This document shows, piece after piece, positions 17,045 to 26,722 of a stretch of 64,000 bases of DNA. Position numbers and translations under genes: made by a program. Numbering within the stretch: position 1 is the first letter of the stretch; every line of letters starts with the position of its first letter. The notes under the pieces are model-generated. The model was not told the DNA's origin. It was given only the letters and a program-made list of their open reading frames with translations, and did not search any database. The DNA lies in assembly GCA_965205235.1 (NCBI GenBank), contig CBDBGD010000006.1:31046-95045 (forward strand). Direction: 5' to 3'. Source of the DNA: Dehalococcoidia bacterium (GTDB taxonomy: Bacteria; Chloroflexota; Dehalococcoidia; Lucifugimonadales; UBA1127).

Positions 17045-18037
17045 ATGAGCATCCGAACGACGTTTGTGCTGGCCATCATCCTGAGCCTCATCGCGGGCTA
17101 CTTCGCGCTGGGCGAGAACCGGGACTTTGACCTGAGCTCGGAGGAGCAGCCCTGGTTCTACACGGTGACGGAAGACGACATCGACCGTATCGCCATCAAC
17201 AGCGGAGGCGCCGAGCAGTCGTTCATCAACGTGCCGGGCGTACAAGCGTCGGGCGGGTGGGTGTTCGAGAACGTGCACCAGATCCCGGTGGACTACGCTC
17301 GCTGGGGCGGCGTCACGCTGCTGCTGAGCGGCCCCCGAACGCATCGCCTCTTCGTGGAAGCGGAACATCAGGACGTCGACTTCGGGCTGGAGGAGCCGCA
17401 GACGATCATCGACATGACGCTGCGGGGCGGCCGCGAGGTGCAGCTTACGCTGGGGAACTGGACGCCGGACCGGGGCTACAACTACTCGGTGAACCGGGGG
17501 GACGAACGCCTCTACCTGGTGGACTCCTCCTGGGGCCTGGTGCTTGGGGCGCTGGCGACGAACCCGCCATACCCCGAGTGGTACTACAACGTGGGGCCGG
17601 AGCGCGCCCGCACCATCATCGTCAACCACGACGGCGAGGAGGCCTCCTTCTTCTTCGAGCTAGTGAGCGAGCGATGGCACATCTCCGGCGAGCGGAGCGT
17701 GATGGCGGAGCCGACGTACTGGGCCGACGTGTACCCGCACCTGGGGGGGCCGACGGACCTGCAGATCGTGAAAGACAGTATCGGGCTGGACGAGTTCGCA
17801 CAGTACGGCCTGGATGACCCCGTCACCGTCGTGACCGCGGTGGTGGCGCCGCCGGCGACGGTGGAGGAGGGCGCCCGCCGCATCGAGATGGAGATCGGCT
17901 CGCCGCTGCCGGACGGCGACGGCTACTACGCGAAGGTGCGAGGCCAGCCCTACCTGCTGTCGGTGGACTCGGCGTGGTACAACGCGATGGTGAACCTGAT
18001 CGTGAACCCGCCACCGCCGGACCCCGAGGACCAGTAG
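17045..18037 (+). CDS. DUF4340-like membrane-anchored protein
   Basis: 330 aa with an N-terminal anchor (TTFVLAIILSLIAGYF). It sits immediately after a GldG-like gene, which is the usual DUF4340 position. Assignment rests on context and architecture only. Confidence 0.55.
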   Translation: MSIRTTFVLAIILSLIAGYFALGENRDFDLSSEEQPWFYTVTEDDIDRIAINSGGAEQSFINVPGVQASGGWVFENVHQIPVDYARWGGVTLLLSGPRTHRLFVEAEHQDVDFGLEEPQTIIDMTLRGGREVQLTLGNWTPDRGYNYSVNRGDERLYLVDSSWGLVLGALATNPPYPEWYYNVGPERARTIIVNHDGEEASFFFELVSERWHISGERSVMAEPTYWADVYPHLGGPTDLQIVKDSIGLDEFAQYGLDDPVTVVTAVVAPPATVEEGARRIEMEIGSPLPDGDGYYAKVRGQPYLLSVDSAWYNAMVNLIVNPPPPDPEDQ

Positions 18038-18118
18038 GCAGCGACCTCGCCCTTTCCTGTCAACTTGCGCCTGCCTTCGACGCCCGGTAAACTCGCTGCG
18101 ACTCCCCCCGGAGGTCCC

Positions 18119-19354
18119 ATGCGCGGAGAAATCCTTGCCTGCGGCACCGAGCTGCTCATGGGCGAGATTGTCGACACCAACTCGGCGTATCTGGCCGCTC
18201 GGCTGCCGGCCACCGGAGTGCACGTCCAACACGTGAGCCTGGTGGGCGACCGCATGGAGGACCTGGTCGAAGCGTTCCAACGAGGCGCGACGCGCTCGGA
18301 CGTCATTCTCACGACCGGCGGGCTGGGGCCGACGCCCGACGACCTGACTCGAGAGGCGATCGCGGCCGCTGTGGGCGAGGAGCTGACGGTGGACCCCGAA
18401 CTGCTGGCGCACCTGGAGCGCACCTTCCAACGCCGGGGTACGGCGATGCCGGAGGGGAACATCAAGCAGGCGACGCGGATACCTTCTGCGGAGAGCCTGC
18501 CGAACCCCATGGGGACTGCGCCCGGCTGGTGGGTGGAGAAGGACGGCCTGACCATTGTGGCGATGCCGGGGGTGCCGCCGGAGCTGGAGCGCATGTGGCT
18601 CCACGAGGTGGCGCCGCGGCTGCGCCGGCGGCAGCAGGGCGCGGTCATCCTCTCTCGCACGCTCAAGACCTTCGGCTACGCGGAGTCGGCCATCAGCGAC
18701 CAACTCCGCGGCCTCTTCGGCCGGGAGAACCCCTACCTGGGCATCTACGCCAAGGTTGACGGCATCCAGCTTCGCATCATCGCCCGGGGGGAGACGGAGA
18801 CGGAGGCCCGGCAGCTGCTGGAGCCGCTGGAGGCGGACATCCGACGCATCCTGGGGACGGCGATCTGGGGCGCGGACGACGAGACGATGGAGTCGCACCT
18901 GGGAGACCTGCTCCGCAGGCGGCGTATGAGCCTGGCAGTCATGGAGTCGTGCACGGGGGGGCTCTTCGCCAGCACCGTCACCGACGTGCCGGGAAGCTCC
19001 GAGTACTTTCGGGGCGGCGTGGTCACGTACGCGACCGAGGCGAAAAGCGCCTACGGCGTGGACCCGGCCCTCATCGAGCGGCACGGCGTGGTGAGCGCGC
19101 CCGTGGCGGAGGCGATGGCGGAGGCGGTGCGGGGCCAACTCGGGGCGGACGTAGGCGTGGGGATCACCGGCGCGGCGGGGCCGGACGCCCTGGGCGATGC
19201 GGCGCCCGGCACGGTGTACACCGGCGTCGCATGGGCGGGAGGCTCGGCGAGCACGAGCAACCGCTACCCACCCACTCGGCCGCTGGTGAAGCGGCGCGCT
19301 GTGGGACAGGCGCTGCTGCTGGTCTACCGGACGCTGCTGGAGCGCGGGGTGTAG
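18119..19354 (+). CDS. cinA: competence/damage-inducible protein CinA (MoCF-like domain + nicotinamide-nucleotide amidase PncC domain)
   Basis: ATG 18119 follows GGAGG. The canonical CinA N-terminus is present (MRGEILACGTELLMGEIVDTNSAYLA). The C-terminal ESCTGG motif (VMESCTGGLFAS) marks the PncC domain. Confidence 0.9.
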   Translation: MRGEILACGTELLMGEIVDTNSAYLAARLPATGVHVQHVSLVGDRMEDLVEAFQRGATRSDVILTTGGLGPTPDDLTREAIAAAVGEELTVDPELLAHLERTFQRRGTAMPEGNIKQATRIPSAESLPNPMGTAPGWWVEKDGLTIVAMPGVPPELERMWLHEVAPRLRRRQQGAVILSRTLKTFGYAESAISDQLRGLFGRENPYLGIYAKVDGIQLRIIARGETETEARQLLEPLEADIRRILGTAIWGADDETMESHLGDLLRRRRMSLAVMESCTGGLFASTVTDVPGSSEYFRGGVVTYATEAKSAYGVDPALIERHGVVSAPVAEAMAEAVRGQLGADVGVGITGAAGPDALGDAAPGTVYTGVAWAGGSASTSNRYPPTRPLVKRRAVGQALLLVYRTLLERGV

Positions 19355-19366
19355 GGCCACCCCCGG

Positions 19367-21379
19367 CTATTTCAGGTAGCGGTCGAACCAGCGCAGAATG
19401 TGCTCCAAGCGCACTATGCGCCTGTCGGTGCGCCCGCTTCGGGACAGGCCGTGCGACTCGTCGGGAAAGCGCACGAACTCGGTCTCTACTCCCAGCCGCT
19501 TGAGCGCCACGAAGAGCTGCTCGCCCTGTTCGATGGGGCATCGCATGTCGTTCTCGCTGTGGATGACCAGCGTGGGAGTGCGTGCGTTGCCAATGGCCTT
19601 GAGCGGCGACTGGTCCAGGTAGTTCCCAGGATTGACCCAGGGCTGTTCGTCGCCCAGCGCCTCTTCTCGCATCCAGTTCATATCGCTGGTCCCGTAGCTG
19701 CTGAACCGGTTGAATATGCTGCGCTGGGTGACGGCCGCCTTGAAGCGCTGGGTCTGGCCGATTATCCAGTTGGTCATAAAGCCGCCGTAGCTCCCACCCG
19801 TAACCCCCATGCGCTCCTTGTCCACGTACGGCAGCCGCTCCACGTAGTCCGTCCAGGCCATCACGTCGTCGTAGTCGGCGGTCCCGGCGGCGTTCCAGAT
19901 GGAGGCGCCGTGGGCCTCGCCGTAGCCGGTGCCGCCCCTGGGGTTGGAGAACGTGACCACGTAGCCGTTGGCCGCCAGGAAGAAGAATTCGAACATGAAG
20001 AAGTTCCCGTACTGTCCCTGCGGCCCACCGTGGATTTCGACCAGGGTGGGGTACTTCTTCGAGGGGTCGAAGCCGGGCGGAGTCAGCACCCAGCCCTGCA
20101 GGTCATTCCCCGCAGCCCCCTGGAACCAGACGGACGTGACCTCTCCCAGGTCGACGCGCCTCAGGATGTTGTCGTTGAACCGAGTGAGCCGCCGTTTGCT
20201 CCCGGTGTCCAGCCGGCGCGTCCAGACCTGGCCAATCTCGTACGTGCTCGCGTGGAAGTAGGCCAGTCGTGTGCCGCTGTCGTCAAAGCTGTAGGCGCCA
20301 ACCACGCCCTCGTCGTCGATGACCGGCGCCATCTCGCCGCCCTCGACCGGGATGCTCATGAGCTGTGTGTTGCCGTGCTCGCTCACCTGGAAGTAGATGG
20401 ACCCGCTGTTCCTGGCCCAGGTTGGCGCCATCATGTCTGCGCCGCCCAGGTCGTTCATGGTGGAGTTGGACACGGATATGTCGAAATGGCCGGTGAGGTC
20501 CGTGGGCGGCGCGCTCCCGTCGAATGGGACCACCCAGAGGTTATCGTGCTGCCACCAGTCGGAGCGACGGCTCCGTCCGGTGAAGGCGATCCACTTACCG
20601 TCGGGTGAAACGCTGATGAGGCCCTTCTTCCCAACGTGCGTGTCCACCTTCCGCGCCTCGCCGCCGTCGGCGGGCATGACGAATATGTCGACCGAGTCGG
20701 GAGCGAAGTCAGGGTCCTCGGCGATGTTGGACGTGTATGCGATGTGGCGGCCGTCCGGCGACCAACAGGGCTCGCGTTCGGCGTGGACGGGACCGTCGGT
20801 CAGCTGCGCAACCCTGCCGGTGCGGGTGTTCACCGTCCAGATGTGCCACTGCTCGTGGCCGAAAAAGCCGATGCCGTCCCACTTGTAGTGGACGCGCGTA
20901 TAGTGGCGGGACACGATCCCCAATCGACGCTTTCGCTCGTCCGCCTCGCGCTCCAGAGCGTCCTGGTCCCTCTTCTGGAACTCGAAGGCCAGGCGCGACC
21001 CGTCCGGCGACCATTCGAACGCCCCGAACTTGCCCTTGAGGCCCGTTAGCGGCCGGGCCTCTCCTCCACTGAAGGGAATGATGTGAATCTGGGCCTGGGT
21101 GGAATTGCCCCTGTTGGAGAGGAAGGCTATCCGAGTCCCGTCCGGCGACCAGCGCGGGCGCGTGTCTTGCTGGTCGCCGTGGGTGAACTGCCGCGGCGCG
21201 CCGCCTCCCGTGGGCGCCACCCACAGGTTGGCGTACTTGCGCTCGGAGTCCCTGTCCACACGTTGAACGCTGAACACCACGTGGCGACCGTCGGGTGAGA
21301 TGGCCGGGTCGGAGATGGTCTGAATACGATAGAGGTCCTGGGGGGAAATGCGCCCTCGCTGCCGAGTGTTGGTTACCAT
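19367..21379 (-). CDS. S9 family serine peptidase (acylaminoacyl/prolyl oligopeptidase type) with N-terminal beta-propeller
   Basis: 670 aa with TolB/WD40-like repeats (SPDG..IAF, repeated). The catalytic serine is in GGSYGGFMT, and the C-terminus has D...H (ENDMRC..., DESHGL). Confidence 0.9.
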   Translation of the reverse strand: MVTNTRQRGRISPQDLYRIQTISDPAISPDGRHVVFSVQRVDRDSERKYANLWVAPTGGGAPRQFTHGDQQDTRPRWSPDGTRIAFLSNRGNSTQAQIHIIPFSGGEARPLTGLKGKFGAFEWSPDGSRLAFEFQKRDQDALEREADERKRRLGIVSRHYTRVHYKWDGIGFFGHEQWHIWTVNTRTGRVAQLTDGPVHAEREPCWSPDGRHIAYTSNIAEDPDFAPDSVDIFVMPADGGEARKVDTHVGKKGLISVSPDGKWIAFTGRSRRSDWWQHDNLWVVPFDGSAPPTDLTGHFDISVSNSTMNDLGGADMMAPTWARNSGSIYFQVSEHGNTQLMSIPVEGGEMAPVIDDEGVVGAYSFDDSGTRLAYFHASTYEIGQVWTRRLDTGSKRRLTRFNDNILRRVDLGEVTSVWFQGAAGNDLQGWVLTPPGFDPSKKYPTLVEIHGGPQGQYGNFFMFEFFFLAANGYVVTFSNPRGGTGYGEAHGASIWNAAGTADYDDVMAWTDYVERLPYVDKERMGVTGGSYGGFMTNWIIGQTQRFKAAVTQRSIFNRFSSYGTSDMNWMREEALGDEQPWVNPGNYLDQSPLKAIGNARTPTLVIHSENDMRCPIEQGEQLFVALKRLGVETEFVRFPDESHGLSRSGRTDRRIVRLEHILRWFDRYLK

Positions 21380-21496
21380 AGCATCAACTCCAGTCTCTTG
21401 GGTCCATGGGATGGGCGCATTCTACCCCGTAGCAGCGAGGCGCGGCGAGCACGCTGCCGGAGCGCGGGCCGTAGGGCCTTCCCCCGGCCCGTTAGC

Positions 21497-21526
21497 TTGC
21501 CCGCCAAGCGTGCGCCCTCGTATACT
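21497..21526 (+). promoter_or_regulatory. sigma-70-like promoter upstream of argC
   Basis: TTGCCC (21497-21502), 18-nt spacer, TATACT (21521-21526), 35 nt before GTG 21561. Confidence 0.4.
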
Positions 21527-21560
21527 AGCTACGAGAACGAAAGACGGAAGCAGGGATGTC

Positions 21561-22589
21561 GTGAAAGTTGGAATCCTCAACGTAACGGGCTACGCCGGAG
21601 CGGAGCTGGCGCGCATCCTCTACCTGCACCCGGAGGTGGAGATCGCGGCGGTGACGGGCCGGAGCGCGGCAGGGCAGAGGCTGCCCGATGCGGTACCCCA
21701 CCTGTGGAAGCTGGACCTGCCTATCACCAGCCGCATGGAGGAGTCCGTCGACGTGGTGTTCTCGAGCCTGCCCAGCGGCGCGAGCGCCGAGGCGCTGGCG
21801 CCCCTGGTCGACGAGGGCGTGCGGGCCGTCGACATCGCCGCGGACTTTCGCCTTCGCGACCCGGAGGGGTTCAAGGCGGCGTACAAGATGGAGCATCCGG
21901 CGCCGCACCTGCTGCACCGGGCCGTGTACGGGCTGCCGGAGGTCCACCGCTCGCGGCTGGGCGGCGCAGACCTGGTCGCCAACCCCGGCTGCTACCCGGA
22001 GGCGTCGATACTGGCGCTGGCCCCGGCGGTGGCGGCAGGGCTGGTGGAGGACGACATCGTCATCGACGCGAAGTCGGGGGTGTCGGGCGCGGGCCGCGGG
22101 AGCATCACGTCGGACCCGATGTACCACTTCGCCGAGGCGAACGAGAACGTGCTGGCGTACGGGCTGGGGGGCCACGGGCACCAGCCGGAGATCGCCCAGG
22201 AGCTGGCGGGGCTGGCCGGCGCGGAGAGCGCTCGGGTCACGTTCGTGCCGCACCTGATCCCGATGACCCGGGGGATCTTCGCCACGTGCTACGCGCCGCT
22301 GCGGGACCCGAGCACGACCAAAGAGCGGGTGCAGCAGGTCTACCGCGACTTCTACGCCGACGAGCCCTTCGTGCGCGTGCTGGACGCCTCGCCGCGGACG
22401 AAGCAGACGGCGGGGAGCAACCTGTGCCTGGTCCACGCAACGGTGGACGCGCGGGCGGGGAGGCTGATCGCGGTGAGCTGCCTGGACAACCTGGTGAAGG
22501 GCGCCGCGGGCCAGGCGGTGCAGAACATGAACCTCATGATGGGACTGCCGGAAACGGAGGGCCTGGAAGCGCTGGCCCTCTACCCATAG
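21561..22589 (+). CDS. argC: N-acetyl-gamma-glutamyl-phosphate reductase
   Basis: GTG 21561 (VKVGILNVTGYAGAEL, Rossmann GxxGxxG). The active-site motif is NPGCYPEA. Length is ~342 aa. Confidence 0.9.
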   Translation: MKVGILNVTGYAGAELARILYLHPEVEIAAVTGRSAAGQRLPDAVPHLWKLDLPITSRMEESVDVVFSSLPSGASAEALAPLVDEGVRAVDIAADFRLRDPEGFKAAYKMEHPAPHLLHRAVYGLPEVHRSRLGGADLVANPGCYPEASILALAPAVAAGLVEDDIVIDAKSGVSGAGRGSITSDPMYHFAEANENVLAYGLGGHGHQPEIAQELAGLAGAESARVTFVPHLIPMTRGIFATCYAPLRDPSTTKERVQQVYRDFYADEPFVRVLDASPRTKQTAGSNLCLVHATVDARAGRLIAVSCLDNLVKGAAGQAVQNMNLMMGLPETEGLEALALYP

Positions 22590-22623
22590 ATTCGCATCGA
22601 GTGGAGGCTTCGACCCCCTGCCT

Positions 22624-22697
22624 GCCCCCATAGTCTAGCGGCCTAGGACGCCACCCTTTCAAGGTGGAGATCGCGGGTTCGAATCCCGCTGGGGGCA
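22624..22697 (+). tRNA. tRNA-Glu (anticodon TTC)
   Basis: Acceptor stem GCCCCCA pairs with TGGGGGC. The D arm is TAGTCTAGCGGCCTAGGA. The anticodon stem CCACC/GGTGG carries loop CTTTCAA. The T arm is GCGGGTTCGAATCCCGC. CCA is not encoded. Confidence 0.9.
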
Positions 22698-22818
22698 CTC
22701 GAGGGCCACGGGCACGCCCTTCGACAGCCGTTCGTCCCGAGACCAGCTACGGAATGTGGTAGAGTGAAGCCAACCCACGCTCAACGAGCCCCGAGTACGT
22801 CCCGACCAGAGGGAGGCT

Positions 22819-24054
22819 ATGACCAACGCAGAGAGGGTCCTGACCAAGACGGAGCGCAACCTGTGGAACGCCATCGTGGCGGAGGCGCTTGCGCACCTGA
22901 AGTACTCGGCCTACGCGATGAAGGCGCTGGAGGAGGGGCACCCGGAGGTGGGGCAGGTCTTCCAGGAGGTCGCGGGGGCAGAGACGATCCACGGGGTGAA
23001 CCATCTCCGAGTCGTAGGTGACATCAAGTCCTCGCGGGAGAACCTGGAAAGCGTCATCAGCGGCGAGTCGAGGGAGTTCGCGACGCTGTACCCGCGCATG
23101 ATCCGCGAGGCTATGGACGAGGACCGGCACGATGCGGCGCAGACCTTCGCCGTGGCCATGGACCGGGAGATCCAGCACCTGGAGTCCTTCAGCCGATCGC
23201 TGGAGGAGCTCAACAAGAAAGTGGCCGCAGAGGCCGCGGCCCTGAAGCAGCAGCCGGCAGTCGGTCGGCCCGCGGAGGTCGCCGAGCGCCGGGAGAGCCC
23301 GGCCCCGCAACCGCCGACCAGCTACCCCAAGGCTGTCCAGGAGATGGCGGGCGAGCGGCAGCGAGTGGCGGCCTTCGGGCGGATCCGGGAGGTGGTCTTC
23401 GGAGCGCAGGATGGCGTGCTGAGCACGGCGGTGCTGGTCACTGCCGTGGCAGCGGGAGTCTCCGACACCACGACCATCATCATTGCGGGGCTGGCCGCGG
23501 CGCTGGCAGGGATGATCTCGATGGGCAGCGGCAGCTACCTCGGCTCCAAGGCGCAGCGGGACGTGTACCTGGCGGAGATCGAGAAGGAGGCCAAGGAGCT
23601 GGAGGAGAACCCCGCGGAGGAGCTGGCCGAGCTGGTCTTCATCTACCACCAGCAGGGGTTGAGCTACCGCCAGGCGCGGGAGATGGCCGACCACATCTCC
23701 TCCGACAAGGACCTGTGGCTTCGCACGCTGGTGGAGAAGGAGCTGGGCATCAACCCCGACCTGCTGCAGAGCCCGGTCAAGGACGGCCTGACCATGGCCG
23801 GAGCGTTCATCGCCGGGGCGGCCGTGCCGCTCGTCCCGTACCTGCTGGCGGCGGCGGGTCTCATCGACCGGGGGCCGGCCATCGTTGCGTCGGTGGCTGC
23901 GGCGCTGACGGGACTCTTCCTCATCGGCCTGGGCAAGGGGCGGCTCATCGAGAAGTCGCCGCTGCTGCAGGGGCTGGAGGTCCTGGTCATCGGCGCGACG
24001 GCATCAGGCATCGGCTACCTGTTGGGCGAGGGGATTTCACGGCTCTTCGCATAG
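22819..24054 (+). CDS. mbfA: erythrin-VIT1 fusion (membrane-bound ferritin MbfA-like iron/manganese exporter)
   Basis: The N-terminal ~135 aa form a ferritin-like/rubrerythrin domain (ERNLWNAIVAEALAHLKY, AGAETIHGVNHL, ISGESREF, AMDREIQHLE). The C-terminal part is a VIT1/CCC1 membrane domain (VVFGAQDGVLSTAVLV..., 5 TM helices). Confidence 0.85.
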   Translation: MTNAERVLTKTERNLWNAIVAEALAHLKYSAYAMKALEEGHPEVGQVFQEVAGAETIHGVNHLRVVGDIKSSRENLESVISGESREFATLYPRMIREAMDEDRHDAAQTFAVAMDREIQHLESFSRSLEELNKKVAAEAAALKQQPAVGRPAEVAERRESPAPQPPTSYPKAVQEMAGERQRVAAFGRIREVVFGAQDGVLSTAVLVTAVAAGVSDTTTIIIAGLAAALAGMISMGSGSYLGSKAQRDVYLAEIEKEAKELEENPAEELAELVFIYHQQGLSYRQAREMADHISSDKDLWLRTLVEKELGINPDLLQSPVKDGLTMAGAFIAGAAVPLVPYLLAAAGLIDRGPAIVASVAAALTGLFLIGLGKGRLIEKSPLLQGLEVLVIGATASGIGYLLGEGISRLFA

Positions 24055-24072
24055 CCAGTCGGGGAGGTCAAC

Positions 24073-25083
24073 ATGGCGACCGGCAACAGTCCGCAAGCGG
24101 AGACGGCGATGCGCGGCCCCACCTTCTCGGAGGTGCTGCAGGCGCGCAAGGCCATTCGACCGTACCTGCGCCCCACGCCGACGGTGAGCTACCCGGCGCT
24201 GAACGCGTACGTCGGCGCCGAGGTTTATGTCAAGCGGGAGGACACCCAGCCCATCAGCTCCTTCAAAGTGCGCGGGGGCATCAACCTCCTCGTGAACCTG
24301 TCGGCGGAGGAGCGCTCTCGGGGGCTCATCACGGCGTCGTCGGGCAACCACGGGCAGTCGATCGCGTACGCTTGCCGCCTTTTCGGCGCGCGGTGTGTCG
24401 TGGCGCTGCCGGAGGGCGCGAACCCGACGAAGGTCGAGGCGATGCGAGGCTTCGGCGCGCAGGTGGTCTTCCACGGCAGCGCGTTCGACGACGCCAGGCT
24501 CCACGCCGAGCGACTGGCGCGCGAGGAGGGGATGTTCTACGTCCACGCCGCCAACGAGCCGAGGCTCATCGCCGGGGTCGCCACGGAGACGCTGGAGCTC
24601 CTGGAGGAGGCGCCGGACCTGGACGTGATCTTCGTGCCGCTGGGCGGCGGCAGCACGGCGTCCGGCGCATGCATTGTGGCGAAGACCGTGAGCCCGCAGA
24701 CGCGGGTGGTGGCGGTGCAGTCGGCGCAGGCGCCGGGAGCGTACCTGTCGTGGAAGGAGGGGCGCATCGTCGAGGCGCCGATGCAGTCGGAGGCCGAGGG
24801 CCTGGCGACCCGCATGGGCTACGAGCTGCCGCAGCGTATCCTCCGGGAGCTGCTGGACGACTTCATCCTGGTGGACGACAGCGAGATGTGGCAGGCGGTG
24901 GCGGTGTACCTGGACAAGTGCCACGCTCTGTCGGAGCCGGCGGGGGCGGCGGCCCTGGCGGGGGCGCTCAAGCTGCGAGCGGAGATCGCGGGGAAGAAGG
25001 TGGGCGTCATCCTCAGCGGGGCGAACATCACGATGGCGCAACTCCAGAAGGCCCTTGCACACGCACCCACGGGAGGCGACTGA
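24073..25083 (+). CDS. PLP-dependent threonine/serine dehydratase (threonine ammonia-lyase, no ACT domain)
   Basis: SFKVRGG (PLP lysine), SSGNHGQS, and GGGSTASG (the glycine loop). At 336 aa it lacks the regulatory domain. Confidence 0.85.
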   Translation: MATGNSPQAETAMRGPTFSEVLQARKAIRPYLRPTPTVSYPALNAYVGAEVYVKREDTQPISSFKVRGGINLLVNLSAEERSRGLITASSGNHGQSIAYACRLFGARCVVALPEGANPTKVEAMRGFGAQVVFHGSAFDDARLHAERLAREEGMFYVHAANEPRLIAGVATETLELLEEAPDLDVIFVPLGGGSTASGACIVAKTVSPQTRVVAVQSAQAPGAYLSWKEGRIVEAPMQSEAEGLATRMGYELPQRILRELLDDFILVDDSEMWQAVAVYLDKCHALSEPAGAAALAGALKLRAEIAGKKVGVILSGANITMAQLQKALAHAPTGGD

Positions 25084-25247
25084 CGCTTTGCGGCGCTACC
25101 AGCGAGGCCCTCGCAACCGCTACGAGCGCCGCCGCGCGCAGCGGAGGTCCGCAGGCGTCGCCGACCGGCGGACGCTGACGTGGGGGCTGGCGGCGCTTCT
25201 GGTCGTTGCGGTGGTCATTGCCGTGTCGCGCGCGCTGGTGTGAGGGG

Positions 25248-26417
25248 CTACGCCGCCGGCTGCGGGCGTTGGCGTCGGCGGAGGGGCTGGCCGCTCCGGT
25301 AGGTAGCGACGCGCCAGAGCCACTCGGCGGGGCCGTACAGGAAGCGGCCCAGCCATGCTTTCGACCACCACACCTGGAGCGCCCACACCGCGAGCACGAA
25401 CGCCAGCACCGCGCTCCGATTCACGGCGTCGACGTCACCCAGCAGGACGGTGAGGACCAGCACGCCCAACACGGTCTGCGCCAGGTAGTTGGTCAGCGCC
25501 ATCCTCCCGACCGCACGCAGCCGCCCCTTGAGCGGGCTGTCGCCGCGGTTGTTCCAGAGGATGATCAGGCTCATGTACGCCAGGGCGAAGGGGATCGTGC
25601 CCAGGGTGTTGGGAATCTGGCCGATGAAGGCGACCGCGCTCGAGTAGTCGTTCGCGGCGGTGATGATGACGCTGGCGGCGGCCAGCGGCACGCCGACCGC
25701 AAGCCCGACGACCGCGGTCCGCCGGTACGTCTCGGCAGGCAGGCCGCCGTTCATAAAGCCCATGCGGTACAGGCCGGCGCCCAGCAGAATCAGCCCCAAC
25801 CCGCGGAGGAAGAAGCCCAGGAGGAAGACACCCTCGATGGCCTCTGCCTCCACCTCCTCGCCCGGCGTCCAGAGGCCGGTGAGCGACGCGCCGGGCGCAT
25901 CGGCCAACTGCTGCGCCCACAGCGTGGTCGCGACGGACAGCCCGAAGACGATAACCCCAACGGCGATGAGCGTCCGGCCCGGCAGCTTCCGCAGCGCGAG
26001 CAGGAAGACCGACGACACGGCGTACACCATCAGGACGTCGCCGTCCCACAGCAGGAAGTGGAGGACGCCGATGAAGAACAGCAGGACGTTTCGCCAGAGG
26101 TTCAGCAGCACTGCGCGCTTTCCTTTTGCGCTGGCGCGGTCGATGAAGAGGACCATGCCCGCGCCGAAGAGCATCGAGAACAGCGCCATGAACTTCTGGT
26201 CGACGAAGACCTCGCCGAATATGCCCACGGCCCAATCGAGCCACGTCTCGGAGCCGCCCGCGCTCAGGTTGAAGTAGGGCGCACCCCCGAACCTGAACGA
26301 CACGGCGTTCATCAGCAGAATGCCGAGCACCGCAACCCCGCGTATCAGGTCCAGGCTGGTGATGCGCGCAGACTCGCGGACGGGGCCGGCGTCGCTGGTT
26401 TGCGAAGGCGTCGCCAA
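25248..26417 (-). CDS. DUF418 (YeiB-like) polytopic membrane protein
   Basis: LDLIRGVAVLGILLMNAVSF near the N-terminus, many TM helices, and a C-terminal GPAEWLWR motif typical of DUF418. Start placed at TTG 26417 with AGGAG 7 nt upstream; the track start is 26516. Confidence 0.7.
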   Translation of the reverse strand: MATPSQTSDAGPVRESARITSLDLIRGVAVLGILLMNAVSFRFGGAPYFNLSAGGSETWLDWAVGIFGEVFVDQKFMALFSMLFGAGMVLFIDRASAKGKRAVLLNLWRNVLLFFIGVLHFLLWDGDVLMVYAVSSVFLLALRKLPGRTLIAVGVIVFGLSVATTLWAQQLADAPGASLTGLWTPGEEVEAEAIEGVFLLGFFLRGLGLILLGAGLYRMGFMNGGLPAETYRRTAVVGLAVGVPLAAASVIITAANDYSSAVAFIGQIPNTLGTIPFALAYMSLIILWNNRGDSPLKGRLRAVGRMALTNYLAQTVLGVLVLTVLLGDVDAVNRSAVLAFVLAVWALQVWWSKAWLGRFLYGPAEWLWRVATYRSGQPLRRRQRPQPAA

Positions 26418-26544
26418 GCGATCACTCCTAGCGCGGCGGAGGGCTGGACCGACTGCTTCCCCTGCGGGCACTTGACATTGTGATGGCCTGACGCGGATAG
26501 TGGAAGCGCTTTCCAATGACCGTCGCTGCCACTATGGGGCGTCG

Positions 26545-26650
26545 GGTTGGGGAGCACTGAGACGGGAGCTGGGAGAGACCGGCTGAGAGGCCCCGGCGGA
26601 CCGGGGCGACCGTCAGAACCTGACCTGGGTAATGCCAGCGCAGGGACCGC
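26545..26650 (+). ncRNA. TPP (THI-box) riboswitch
   Basis: Contains CTGAGA elements (gcactgagacggg / ggctgagagg). The conserved 3' half is GAACCTGACCTGGGTAATGCCAGCGCAGGGA. It lies ~75 nt upstream of thiG. Boundaries are approximate. Confidence 0.8.
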
Positions 26651-26722
26651 CTCGCAAGCCGTTGCGAGGAACGCGGACGCCGCTGGCCGTGCCGGCGGCG
26701 TTTCTGTTTTGGAGGGGGAGGC

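Noticed and set aside
25055-25243. A 62-aa ORF, or a shorter version from TTG 25088, between the threonine dehydratase and the DUF418 gene. It ends in a hydrophobic segment (LAALLVVAVVIAVSRALV).
   Set aside because: It overlaps the dehydratase 3' end. The N-terminal two-thirds is Arg-rich junk-like sequence, there is no RBS, and the single hydrophobic stretch can arise by chance in GC-rich DNA. That is not enough support to annotate it.
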